Made by a program: the position numbers and the translations under genes. Under the pieces are notes generated by a model. That model worked only from the letters and a program-made list of their open reading frames with translations, was not told the origin of the DNA and did not search any database. From Rhynchobatus australiae (Eukaryota), in NCBI GenBank assembly GCA_034780895.1, contig JAUZTB010000077.1, positions 24,588,203 to 24,652,202 of the forward strand: a stretch of 64,000 bases of DNA, written 5' to 3'. The number at the start of each line of letters is the position of its first letter. Within the stretch, counting starts at the first letter, position 1. Shown here in pieces: positions 49,979-63,170 of this stretch.

Positions 49979-52817
49979 CAGATGTGTTCAGGTAAACAAC
50001 ATGTCTCTTTGAACCTCCTGGTGTGTGGTGATATTGCTTGCAAAATTATAGAGAAGTTCTCACTCTAATAAATGCACATATAAATGTAATCCATAAAGTT
50101 CACGAGCTGACCAGTCACCTTCTCAGGTGCTTCCTACAGATTCAGGAGCTCCAAGATATGAGAATCACTTGGTTCAAGAGAGTAGGTTCCTGGAACGGGC
50201 TTTAGGAAAATATATTTGTTTTCCTTTGTGCTTCAGTGTAATTCCTTCATATCTCTTCAAATTTCCAGTAACCAAAACAATTCAAGTTTGTAAGGAGCCT
50301 GTTCACCAAGTAATTAAAAGGAGCACACACAATGTTTATTTTCATGAACCTACATTGAATCAACCTGAATTTTGTCTTCCCATGATTGGACTGGGTAAGA
50401 TTTGATTAGCAACAATTAGGCTTTTAGTTCAAACTATGTAAATATTATTTCATAACCAGATTGAGCATTCATTATAAATGCTGTCCAATAGGTCAAAGCT
50501 GTGCAGAATGCCAACATTGCCAGATCAGACTAGAAGGACAGTGGAGAAATCCCATCATTCCCAATCACTGGAAGCCGCAGCAAAATCTAGATTGTCAGTA
50601 AAAGACCCTGTGGAAATTCAAGGCAGCATTATGGTGTTAGTCCCTGGGGTAAGGAATCAACGAGGAACAACAGATTAGAGATAAGCCAGTAATTACGAAC
50701 TAAAGATGCATTTATAGCTCCTAAAACTCATTAACTACCAATGACATGTTACCTTAGAAGTGGGGAATGTCCCCATTATCTATGGTATGGTCAAGAGAGG
50801 GTATAATTACAGCACAGGTCCTGGGCTCTGACACACAAAAATGAATACACAGAGTTTGGTGCAATGAAGTCAGGAACCAAACAGAACCCTTGGAATTACT
50901 CAGGATCAGAAAAGTTGCCATCATTTGGGGGATGAGTGTCTGAATTATGAAGGATAACACTTTCCTTTTACCACAGGTTNNNNNNNNNNNNNNNNNNNNN
51001 NNNNNNNNNNNNNNNNNNNNNNNNNNNNNNNNNNNNNNNNNNNNNNNNNNNNNNNNNNNNNNNNNNNNNNNNNNNNNNNNNNNNNNNNNNNNNNNNNNNN
51101 NNNNNNNNNNNNNNNNNNNNNNNNNNNNNNNNNNNNNNNNNNNNNNNNNNNNNNNNNNNNNNNNNNNNNNNNNNNNNNNNNNNNNNNNNNNNNNNNNNNN
51201 NNNNNNNNNNNNNNNNNNNNNNNNNNNNNNNNNNNNNNNNNNNNNNNNNNNNNNNNNNNNNNNNNNNNNNNNNNNNNNNNNNNNNNNNNNNNNNNNNNNN
51301 NNNNNNNNNNNNNNNNNNNNNNNNNNNNNNNNNNNNNNNNNNNNNNNNNNNNNNNNNNNNNNNNNNNNNNNNNNNNNNNNNNNNNNNNNNNNNNNNNNNN
51401 NNNNNNNNNNNNNNNNNNNNNNNNNNNNNNNNNNNNNNNNNNNNNNNNNNNNNNNNNNNNNNNNNNNNNNNNNNNNNNNNNNNNNNNNNNNNNNNNNNNN
51501 NNNNNNNNNNNNNNNNNNNNNNNNNNNNNNNNNNNNNNNNNNNNNNNNNNNNNNNNNNNNNNNNNNNNNNNNNNNNNNNNNNNNNNNNNNNNNNNNNNNN
51601 NNNNNNNNNNNNNNNNNNNNNNNNNNNNNNGATGTATGTTTGGGTTGTTTCTTTGGAACAAGGAGACATTTGATTGAGGAAGGATCTGGATCACAATACC
51701 TGAAAGGAATGTAGAGCACAAAACAGCCCTGACATTGAAAAAGCACCTGCAATGGCACTAACTAAAAGCTGGGAGGGAGGATTAGGTTATAATGCTCTTT
51801 TTTTGGATGGCCTAGACTCAAGGAGCTGAAGAGTTTCTCCTGTGCAATAAATGTCTAGGAATGCCTGGTTTAAATGAAGGGAGGGTATGTTCCGAATAAT
51901 CAGGACAATGCTGAGGCACTAGGGAAGGTGTCTGCTTTACTTTGCTGCCTAGATAGGGCAAATGTTTGTCTGTCTGTTGCACAGCTAACTGAGCTCATGG
52001 TTAGTTATAACTAGACATCTGCAAACCAAGCCAAAATGTTTACCTCACATTTCATCAGATCAGTCTTTGTTCTTTAGCAATGAATGCTTGAATTGAAAGT
52101 TTCCCTCCATGAAATGCTATGTTCCATCATTCCGATAGGAATTGCACTATCAGTTTCTTCATCAGAAAGATTAATTATTGAATTTATCTGCTCCACAAAT
52201 GGGATTTTAAATAACCAGAGTAACACTGACCTGGCCACATTACTATTTTACCTCTACCCAAGAATTCTCAAAAGTTCATGAATCAGACTCTCTGCCTTCA
52301 CTTTTTCCAAATTACAGGTCACTCAGAATTCTGTAGACCATGTTTTGTCTGTGGTTTTGGCAGCCTGAGCCTTGTCACAGTAAGCTGCTGTCAAATTCCT
52401 CTGAAATGCTGGCACTCCTCATCAAAGTCCCTCCACTGTGTATTACTGCATGCATCTCCCTTCCCCAACACCACTCTATATTTCCTTCTCATTTCATTGC
52501 TATCAATCACTGCTCTCAGCATTTTGGTTCTGTTTTCTACCCTTTCTCTTGAAATCAAGTTTGCTAGCCACTTTCTTCCCTGCTTTCAAGAGTCTCAAAA
52601 TCCCACAATTTGGCCCTGTTCTAAATCATCTATTTATCCCAGTCCTGATGCAGGGTCTTGACCCGAAATGGTGACAACTCCTTTCCCTCCCCCAACACAG
52701 ATGCTGCTCGACTCATTGAGTTCCTCTAGCAGATAGTTTGTTGCTCCAAATTCCAGCAGTCACTGGTGTCCCTATTTATCTTTCATTCCTGCTTAATGCC
52801 TAATTTTAACATTCTGA

Positions 52818-53110
52818 ACGGTAGTGTAGCAGTTAATGTGACGCTATTACAGCGCCAGTGATCGGGGTTCGATTCCCTTTGCTGTCTGTAAGGAGTTTGT
52901 ACGTTCTCCCGTGTCTGCGTGGGTTTCCTCCGGGTGCTCTGGTTTCCTNNNNNNNNNNNNNNNNNNNNNNNNNNNNNNNNNNNNNNNNNNNNNNNNNNNN
53001 NNNNNNNNNNNNNNNNNNNNNNNNNNNNNNNNNNNNNNNNNNNNNNNNAAATGGGTGACGTGGACTGGTTGGGCCGGAAGGGCCTGTTACCACGCTGTAA
53101 ATAAAATTAA
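52818..53110 (+). mobile_element. tRNA-derived SINE
   Basis: GGTAGTGTAGCAGTTA...GGGGTTCGATTCCC + core; tail GCTGTAAATAAAATTAAA. Confidence 0.88.
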
Positions 53111-53276
53111 AATTAAATTAAAAATTTTAATATAAATAGGAAAATCTAAAAATGCAGCTAGTTTGGATCCATAGTAAATATTACGTACCTGTTACCTATC
53201 AATACATTTTCAAAGTTGTCACCAACTAAATTCTGAAACTTCAGAGCACAGCAACTCTGGAAATGGGTCAACATAA

Positions 53277-53282
53277 TTTATT
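53277..53282 (-). terminator. Candidate polyA signal of KAT6B 3' UTR
   Basis: AATAAA on the minus strand at the end of a 1.3-kb AT-rich stretch after the KAT6B stop in which I saw no repeats. Confidence 0.5.
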
Positions 53283-54579
53283 CCATGTTAAAATGTACAG
53301 TGTCCTTTGAAGTGACTGGCTAGAAGGATAATTGATAAATACAAGTGCATCTCACTTGTCTGTGTCCTATTTTTATACATGTATCCAGCTTTTTCCTCTC
53401 AATCCTTACAGTCACCATGTACAAGTACAAAGGCTACAAAAAGTAAGCAATATAAACAGACACAAATACTTTTGCTTTTTACATGCGTTTTGTAAGCATA
53501 TGTTGGTCTATTCACACACTACGGATCTAAGATTTTTTTTAAAATAGAACTTCAATATTCTCTAAAGATAGAAAAATCTACTGATGGAATGCCAATGAAT
53601 AGTTAAAGATGTTCATCATTGGGCCAACACATCTTTGAACAGTTACTCAGACAATTTTTTGCTGCTGAGTGAAAAAGCTTTGCTTTATCCGAAACTGACA
53701 TGTACAAATATTCAGATATGCTGTTAACAGAATTTGTGTGTTCATTTGTCAAACAGAATACTTTGCAATCATTTAAAAAACAGAAAGCTGCCTCACTGAA
53801 GAAAGAAATTAGGTATAAAAAGAAATATTTCAATTATACACTAGACATTTTTGCAAGTAACCTCTTCAAAACTGCCAAATGAACTCAAGGTCTAGCTTTT
53901 ACATTTTTTTTTACAGTCTCAGAATTAACAAAAATATAGTTTTCATTTTACTTCAAAGCTAGTAAAACCTAATAAAGGCAAAACATAACAAATGGCTTGC
54001 TGTTAAACACAACACATTCCTGTTTTACTAAAGGACACACTGTCACAAACAAATTCTTCCAATGATGTTCTGTTGCATGCTGAATTAGGCCATCAGCTTC
54101 ACAAAAATCAAATATACTTGTACTGTATAACAGAAGTCCAAAGAACAAAGATATCCCATATACAGCCCCAGGTGTGGTTGTTATCTTCTCTGAAGGCTTT
54201 TTTCTTCTCAATGTTTGACTGGCCAAATCCTCTCCAAGGGCAAATAGGCACATTGAAAGTTTCTAACACATGGTGTGCTGCTTCGGTTTTCATATCTGTT
54301 TTGAAGACGTAGTCTGTCCAAGCCAAACGCAAAGGAAAAATACGAATATGCCCAGATGAAAACAACTCCTACCCAACTTGACTTAAAAAATAAATAAGGC
54401 TTCCTTCTGTCAACAGATTGAACACAAAGTGCCATTAATAATTTCTTCAAAATTATTTTATCATGACAGTTCAGCAAAATAGCTGGTCTTCAAAGTAGAT
54501 CACCTTACACAGTTACTTGTATGTTGGATTTGCTTCCAGCTATGCAGTTCTTCCTTTTATTATCTTATCTCAGCCAAAT

Positions 54580-56993
54580 CTACCTCCTCATATAGGAGCC
54601 ATTCAAAGGCTGCTTAGTCATGCCAGTGTTCATGTGACTATAATGAGCTGGTGGTGTGTACATCACGTTGCCATGTGGAGTACTTTGCATTGATTGTTGG
54701 GTGTATGGCTGACTTCCCATCATGCTCATTTGCATCTGCATGGGGTACTGGGCAGTTTGATTCATATAAGCTGGATTTCCATGGTAACCACTGTTCATCA
54801 TGGACTGAGTCATCCTGTAGCCATTCATAGCATTCAATGCATTCATATTCATGGAATTGACATTGTAAGGTGGTGCTGACATGAGGCCCATGTTCATGCT
54901 GCGCTGCATGCTCAGAGACCGCGGTGCTGGCTGCATGGCCACCGCTGATGTGGTGCGGCCATAGATTTGCTGCTGGTGTGCAGCCGCAGGTGAGATGGGC
55001 ACTGATTTGGAGCGTATCGCAACATGGCCTTTTGTTGACATTTGTGTTGGCAATCTTTGGGTGTGAGGAATTCCAATGCTTGGGGCTGCCATATTGCGCT
55101 GTAGAAGTGGTGATGCCAGATTCATTGGTGGCGGGGTGAGATTTGGTGGGGGGGTCATTGTAGGTTGTGCTTGTGCTCCCCCAGATAAGGAATGAGGTGA
55201 TTGTGGAAGCTGGACAAGGCCAGAGTGTGGGGTGGACAGAGAGACACTAGTTGCATAGGAAGTAACAGTAGCTGAATGGTTATAAGGCAATGGATGGTCC
55301 ATGATTGTATTAGTTAGCTGTTGTAATTTGGCCAGGCTGAAATTGGCAGATGGCTGTGGATAGCCCCCAGTTCCAAAATCACCCTGGCCCATTCTTTCAT
55401 AGATGCTGATGGTTGAGCTTCCAGTTTCGGCAATGTCTGGCATTTGTATTGCTTGTGCAAAACTGGCAGTCATGCCACATTGTGCCAACTGCTGTGGTTG
55501 ATTGTTACTTGGAGATCTTTCAATTATACAATTCTGGGGAGATTTAACGCTGCAGTTTGGTGGAGAGTTGATGCTGTTTTGCTGCATCATACTACAACTA
55601 CCATTGATGTTAGTCATCTGCTGAGTAACTGCACAACTACTCTGAGTAAGGCTACTGGAAGATATGTTATTGTACGAGCAACTATTCTGTGTTGTATTGT
55701 TGCCACAAATGCTGTTTCCCATGGATGAGTCATAGCTGCTTGGATTCTCATAGTTTTCAGTTGTGCTCTCAATACTGCCTAGATCACTGAATCCACTGTC
55801 CACAACCTGTTGTGAATGGTCAGAAACTGAAGGGACATCCATTATTGGGCTGGTTTCTATGTTCTGTAAAGGTGGTGCGGAAATACCACTCTGATCAGGG
55901 CTGATCTGAGTGTAGTTGTTCTCAATGGGAGGCACACTAGGGCTGCTTACAGAACGAACGGACTGGCTGGGATTTGAATGAACAGATGAAAGAGGACTGC
56001 TGTGGTCTGACTGATGGCTGTCATCCATTGTGGTCATTTGTGGACTCTGCTCTGTATGAGAGTAACTCTGCAGGTTCCTACAGGCCTCCATGGTCTCTGC
56101 ACAATCTTGGTAGGTATTTATTTGCTCACTGTTTTCTTGTTCACCATTTTCTTGTGTCAATGATTGAACAGCTTGCACTGTCTCTGTGTCAGGCTCTGCA
56201 TTTATATTTTCCTCTCTATATTCTGGGGTCTGCTTTCCATTATCCTTACTATCCTGGTTGTTGGCATGATCTTCATCTGAATCTGGTGTGTGCTCTGAGA
56301 TCTCTTCATGATCATTGTTTTGATCTTCATCGGAATCTGGCACAGGCTGAGCACTTTGATCCATTTCATCTTTCTGCTCTGTATAATTGCTTGGAATATT
56401 TAACTCTAAGAATGGCTCCTGGTTTGGTGATTCTTCCTCTGGATTTTCTTTCACTGCTGCAATACACTCCATGTGACTGTCATCTTCATCATCTGCATCA
56501 TGATCCTCATTCTGATTTGCCTCCTCCTCCTCGTCATCTTCCTCTTGCTCAGGATTATGAGTTTCATCTTCAGCAACTCTACAAGTAAACTCCTGTTCTG
56601 TTTTAGCTGGTTCTTCCACAGGTTCCTTTCCCTGACTCAAAGGGCAGGTAGATTTATCTGAAGATTCTGGCTTTTGCTCATTTTCAAGTTCATCTTCCTC
56701 TGTTATTGAAGGAGCTTCGTCACCACGCTTCTCATCAGCAGCATTCTGTTCAGAGACTATGTGCTTCTCCTCTGCTGCGACAGGCTGCTCAGGCTCCAGG
56801 GGAGTTTCTGGTGGTGTATACAGGTTGAGTTTAAAGCCAGTTTTATTTTCAGCTTTACGTCTCCATTTAGCTGGACCACGCTTCACTCCTTTTGGCCAAC
56901 CTTTTTTGCGTTTCACAATTCTTGCTATAGGCTCAGAATCAACAGAGTTTTCCTCAGTGTTCTCTTTTGAAGAGATATCAGTATTTGCTTTAT
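54580..56993 (-). CDS. KAT6B: KAT6B (MORF/MYST4) terminal exon: acidic and Ser/Met-rich domains
   Basis: Acceptor ttcttgcccag|AT at 56993; [60 protein letters not shown]; ends LNGSYMRR* (KAT6B; KAT6A has GPYMRR); synteny with DUSP29. Confidence 0.96.
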
Positions 56994-57844
56994 CTGGGCA
57001 AGAAAAAAAGAAACTTGTTTTAAGTGCTTACTGCTACCCAGTTGAATAACATCGGTGATTAAAATATCTACAGTTCATGTTAGTGCAGCAAGTTAAATAA
57101 AACATTACTTGTAGAGATAACAAAAATGATCAATTATTGTATAAAAGTGGTTTCTGCTCAGATAAAGGCAAATCTTAACTGAAATTTTATGCTTCAGAAA
57201 GAAATAATCTTTTATATCACTTGCATAAGTAGGTAAGCAAATTAACTTAATCAGAGTAAAGGTTTAACAAAATGCTCACTAAATTGATAAAACTCCCAAT
57301 GAAGCTAAATGATGTCCATTAAGGTTGAATTAAATCAAACAAGGAGTCCTGCCATTTAAACCTCTTTACATCAGTTACAAAGAATCTGACTATGTTGGTT
57401 ATCTGTTTTGTGATTAGACTATTTAACCACTGATATTTTTAATTAGTTTGGCACAACATTGTTCCTGTGCTGTACTGTTCTTTGTTCATTGATACCATGC
57501 TCAAGGAAGAAGACTGCTTGTGGTCTAGCTCCTGGGAATCATCCAGTTCCTTCTTCTCAAAGTGTGACGTGGACGTGGGTGAAAACAGGATTCACTTAGC
57601 AATGAATCTATCTGCTGTGCTTGGAAAGCCTCAGTCTTGGGTGAGGTGTCAGAGGCTGTCTTTGCCCAAGAACTGTACCCTGCTAACAAATCAAGGCCTT
57701 TTCAAGAGAAAGGGGTGAAGGGGAAAAGGAGAAAAATATTTTTGACCAAGTAATTTTATGAGAGTGTAATTATTCTGCCTGTGTTTCTAAAGGTCAATTC
57801 TTGCAGAGCAGATTATTCATATTTAATTAACAACACTGATCAAT

Positions 57845-58370
57845 GCAGAATATAGGATGTTGGTGAGACTGCACCTGGAGTATTGCATGCAGTTCTGGTG
57901 GCCATACTATGGGAAGGATGTGATCAAGTTAGAGAGGGTGTAACAAAGATTCACAAGGATCTTGCCAGGACTGGAGGGTTTGAGTTATGAGGAGAGACTT
58001 GTTAAGCTGGGGCTGTTTTCCCTGGAGTGAAGGAGGCTGAGGGGTGAACTTATAGAGGTTTATAAAATCTGAGGGCATGGATAAGGTGGATGGTCACAGT
58101 CTTTTTCTAAAACTAGAGGGCATAGGTTTAAGGTGAGTGGAAAAAGATTTAAAGGGACCTGAGGTGCAAGTTTTTCACATAAAGGGTGGTGGGTATGTGG
58201 AACAAGCTGCCAACACAGTGGTAGAGAAAGGTACAATTACAAGGTTTAGAAAATATTTAGACAAGTACATGGGTAAGAAAGGTTTAGAGGGATATGGGCC
58301 AAATGCAGGCAAATGGGTCTAGTTCAGGAAGGGACCTTGGTTGGCAAGGACAAGTTGGGTCAAAGGGCAT
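57845..58370 (+). mobile_element. CR1 LINE 3' fragment in KAT6B intron
   Basis: LVRLHLEYCMQFWWPYYGKDVIKLERV...LSYEERLVKLGLFSLE motif. Confidence 0.88.
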
Positions 58371-60771
58371 GAATGAAATTACTCTATTGCAATTATATAT
58401 TCACATGTTTTGTTCTGTAGGACAAGATGAAAATAACAATACCAAAGAGTTATCAGTATTCACTCTTGCAGAAGTTTGATTTGTGATACCGTGCAAAATA
58501 ATATTCACTATGTTGTAGATGTAGCCAATTATACCAGCTCCAATGATCATTTTAGGGCTAGTAAATATTTTAATAGCAACCAAAAATATAATCCGGAAGG
58601 GATTATCATTTGCACTGTTTTCTATAAGCAAGGAATATACCAAATAATATACTCAGTGTTCTCCAACTAAATAACACCCACAAATTTATTACTGATGGCA
58701 TTTCAAGTATTTATTGAGTGCTTGAATCCTCTATATCCCTTGTTAAATTTAAGCTATCAAAATAATCATTTGGCAAAAGATATGATTTTCTTTGTGTCCT
58801 CTGGGCTCTATGTATGATCTGTGGCCAAGGATAGGCCACTAAAAGTTACTGAAGTAAGGGTTTATTAGATAAAATATTCCAAACTGAACATATTTGGAAA
58901 TGGACTGGAAAATTTATTTAGTNNNNNNNNNNNNNNNNNNNNNNNNNNNNNNNNNNNNNNNNNNNNNNNNNNNNNNNNNNNNNNNNNNNNNNNNNNNNNN
59001 NNNNNNNNNNNNNNNNNNNNNNNNNNNNNNNNNNNNNNNNNNNNNNNNNNNNNNNNNNNNNNNNNNNNNNNNNNNNNNNNNNNNNNNNNNNNNNNNNNNN
59101 NNNNNNNNNNNNNNNNNNNNNNNNNNNNNNNNNNNNNNNNNNNNNNNNNNNNNNNNNNNNNNNNNNNTGTAGGAAGCAGCAATTCATATGCCTCTTTAAG
59201 CTGGATGGGAAATTGATCATGTTAGTGTAGAATTAATTTTTCCATTTAACTGGGGCACACTTTGGGCTGCTGAGCACCATCACAAAGTAGCAAACCCGAA
59301 ATTTAGAATCCAGCACGTGAGGGAACCACATGAGAAGCTCATGTTCCACCACAGTGTGGTGCACTGCACTTGGCTCCACTATGTACTAGACCTCTAGAAA
59401 CACCAACACAAAAGACAAAACTGCTAGGAGATAGATAAAAGAAAGAAAATCCAGTAAAAGAACAGTTATTGCATCTAAAATTAGTTTTTATAAAAAAATA
59501 CCTTTGAGGAATAAATTATCTTTACTTTTGTATAAAAAAAGCACCTGACTGCACTGTTTGCAGTATTTTACTATGATCCAGACCATTATTTAGGTCTTTA
59601 CAAAAATCCTTTCAAAAATGAAACCACTCTTGTTTACAATTCAGTCATACACATAATTATACATTATTGGCACAGTACACACTTTCATACAGCTCTAGAT
59701 TGTTCACACAATGTACATGATCATACATTTATACATGTTAGTACAATATACAAGGTCAAATATTTAACACCAACAGCACACTGTCCACTGCCATACTTCT
59801 ATATATCATGATTACAGTGAACACTGCAATTCAGTTACATATTGTTAGTATAACATACACTGTGCACATTAAGATGAGCAGAGATGAACCTAACAGTGGC
59901 ATATTGAGAGTGGAGAAGAATAACTCTGTTGAATGGCCGGCTTGGTCTAGAGGCTGTTACGTTAATGATAATAGAACATTTTTGCTTGAATTAGAGAGTT
60001 TTGTAAATGCCCAGTCGAATGGGCTAATGCATGCACATTTCATAGAGTCATTTTCAATATCCTGTTTCACACAGAACACCATGACACAATACAGAAGAGA
60101 ATGTATTGAGTCTGACTCTAATTAGTATTCAGTGAAATTTTAAATTTCAGTACATTTGGAAAGTATGAAAAGTTGTATCAAAGTGCAGTTTCTAGCACTC
60201 TGCAGAGGATTTAAGATCATACTTATGCAAATAGAAAGGGATGTGTTATATATCCAAAGGTTGATTTTAATTTGCTACAGATGGAAATGATAATAGATTT
60301 TTACTGGTAAAGGACGGTGGTTGCAGATGTATATAAGGAGATATGGTGTACACATTCACAATGAAGTGTAAAGATTACTTCAAACATAGCCAAACTCTGC
60401 TGTTTATTCAGTTGGCATCAACTTTGATTGGGTTGTTTCCTGATTTAAGAAAACTTGCCTAAATGCTGATACGTGGAATTCTAAGCAGAACTTTTGCTGA
60501 CAGCTGCTAGTACCAGGACCAAGTATAATGCTTCTATACAGTTCAAACCAAAAGTGAAAAGTTAGAGGCACAGTAACTTTTACTTTAAACTGGGAATTCT
60601 GCTCTTCTACTCTCCTTGTTTAAGCCTCANNNNNNNNNNNNNNNNNNNNNNNNNNCTCCTTCTCCCTTACTGTCACAGCTACTTCAAAGCTTTTAAATTG
60701 TCTGTTTAAAGTCTTTATTATTATCCAAAAATGGAGAATTATGTTAACAGTTAGTCATGATAGTTTTGTAC

Positions 60772-61081
60772 CTGTATGCTGTTCTTTCTCAGGAGTTTCA
60801 TCTGCACTTTTGCAGAAATCTTCTCCTTCATCTGACTGATTCTTCTTTTTTAAGTCCAAACTGCCACAGCGATGCCTGAAGTAATTTTTGTCTTCATCGT
60901 CACATTCATAATTCTCCTCTTCTTCACAAGTAGGTTCCAAGCAAGGCATTTGACCCTCATTATCAGAGTTCTCAAAGGCTTCATGAAGTACCTCAGTTGT
61001 TTCTGAAATAGTCTCAGTGGTAACGCTGCTGTTGTGTCTCCGCCGCTTCCGCCCCCTCTTCTTTCTGTGTATGAGTGGCCT
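60772..61081 (-). CDS. KAT6B: KAT6B penultimate exon
   Basis: ttttcag|AGG acceptor, CAG|GTACAA donor (phase 1, joins the terminal exon in frame as G+AT=D); [35 protein letters not shown]. Confidence 0.95.
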
Positions 61082-62469
61082 CTGAAAAAGCCAGAGTTCT
61101 CTTGTTATTACAGTCATTTTATTTGTTGCATTTCAGCGCTTGTAGCAGAAACTAAATACAATGAATACCAATAGTGAAATTTTAACTCTGGTCAGGTTCT
61201 GGATGGATCAGTAGTGAGATCAATTTAAAACACACGTATTCCTGCTGAGAACAGCCTCACTGTACTTTAAACAGGCCTCCTGATAATTTGACTGACAGGT
61301 GTCTGATATATGATTAGGACAGATGAATTACACGTTGGGCAAGTGTACCGGAAATGGATTTCACTGTGAAGAAATGTGAGGTCCCCAAGTCTGTATCCAT
61401 GGAAAATAAACAGATATAGAGTTGCATAATCATACTACAAAGGTTGATTTTACCTTTACCCCACTGACTCTGTGCCAATCATCAACCACCCATTTACACT
61501 AATTCCCATTTTATTTTCCCCACATTCCCATCAATTCCCCCTCCTCCCCCCCCATTCTACCACACACCTGCACATTAGGGCCAATTTATCCATAAACCAA
61601 TATAACTAGAGCCCTCAGAGGAAAACCATGCAGTCACAGGAAGAAAGTGCAAACTCCACATGGAGAGCACTGGAAGTCAGGATTGAACCTGGGTCATAGG
61701 ACAGTGCATCTAAATTGTTGAGGGAAAAGTTTGATTTGGGTATCTACTTATATAAATCCACATCTATAAACCAATTAAAGCATTTGAACAAATAGGAAAT
61801 GCAATAAAATATCATTTGGAATTTTGGCTTTTATGGCAACAGTTTTGGAGTACAGAAAGAATAAAGTTATGCTTCATTTGTACAGAGCCATGGGCTGAAC
61901 ACCTTGACTGATGTGTATAGTTCTGGAGAGTACACTCTGAAAGGATAGCACAAATTCGTCAGAATGATTCCAGGAGGTTAAAGGAGTGAATTATAATTAC
62001 TGTTTACAAAGAACTTTCTTTGTGTTCTCCTCAGGAAAAAATTGGGGAGATCACCCAAAGTGGAATAATGTTTCGGCCCAGACTAGATGGGTCAAATTGG
62101 CCTGTTTTCTGTGCTGAAGTGTTCTATGTTACAAATGTCAAAATAATTGAAATTTAAAACAGGGAACAATAGATTTTTCTTAGGGAAAGGCATTATAAAG
62201 TTCTTAGAAATAATGTTATTGGCTCCTTCAGGTCCTCAGCAGATGGGAGACGATGAGGAATGTGAAAATGTTGAAATTTTGCATATCTGAAGTCCATAAA
62301 CTAAATCGTGAAATTGTGAAACTTTCTAAAGCAAAGCTTCCAAGAGGGTAATCTTGTTATTATGTCACTAGAGAAAAAAATGATATTTTTTGGTTGAGTA
62401 ACTTTGGCCCCAGGCACTTTAATCAAACCTAACTCAGATTAAATGAGAGAAATTCACAGGGATCTGGTA

Positions 62470-63170
62470 TTCTAGCACATCAATCATAAAAAAGCTAACG
62501 AGCAGGTCCAACAAGTAGTTAAGAAGGAAAACAGCACGTTGGCCTTTACTGTGAAGGCATTGGAGTTTAAGAATAGGGAGGTTTTGTTACAGTTGTACAG
62601 GGTGTTGGTGAGGCCACACCTGGACTACTATGCATAGTTTTATNNNNNNNNNNNNNNNNNNNNNNNNNNNNNNNNNNNNNNNNNNNNNNNNNNNNNNNNN
62701 NNNNNNNNNNNNNNNNNNNNNNNNNNNNNNNNNNNNNNNNNNNNNNNNNNNNNNNNNNNNNNNNNNNNNAGTTTAGAAGAATGAGGGGTGAACTTAGTCA
62801 AACACACAAGATCCTAAGGGGACTTGACAGGGGAGATGCTGAGATGTTTTCATTAGTGGGACAGTCAAAAACAAGGGGACATAACCACAAGGGGCCAGTC
62901 AATTAAAACTGAAGTGCATAGAAACTTCTTCTGAGAGATTAGTAAATCTCGGAATTTTCTGCCTCTGAGAGTGGTGGTGGTCAGATCATTACATATATTT
63001 AAGATATACATAAATATTTGAAAGATCAAGGAATTGAGGGTTATGGGGTACTGGCACAGAAGAGGAGTTGAGGTCGGCACAGAAGAGGAGTTGAGGTCGG
63101 CACAGAAGAGGAGTTGAGGTCGGCACAGAAGAGGAGTTGAGGTCGGCACTCCTGCTACTGTTCTTGTGTA
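62470..63170 (+). mobile_element. CR1 LINE 3' fragment with internal 23-bp tandem repeat
   Basis: LQLYRVLVRPHLDYYA, FRRMRGEL; (GGCACAGAAGAGGAGTTGAGGTC)x4 at 63053-63149. Confidence 0.85.

Noticed and set aside
54694-57049. + strand ORFs up to 204 aa opposite KAT6B
   Set aside because: Antisense shadows of the long, compositionally biased KAT6B terminal exon
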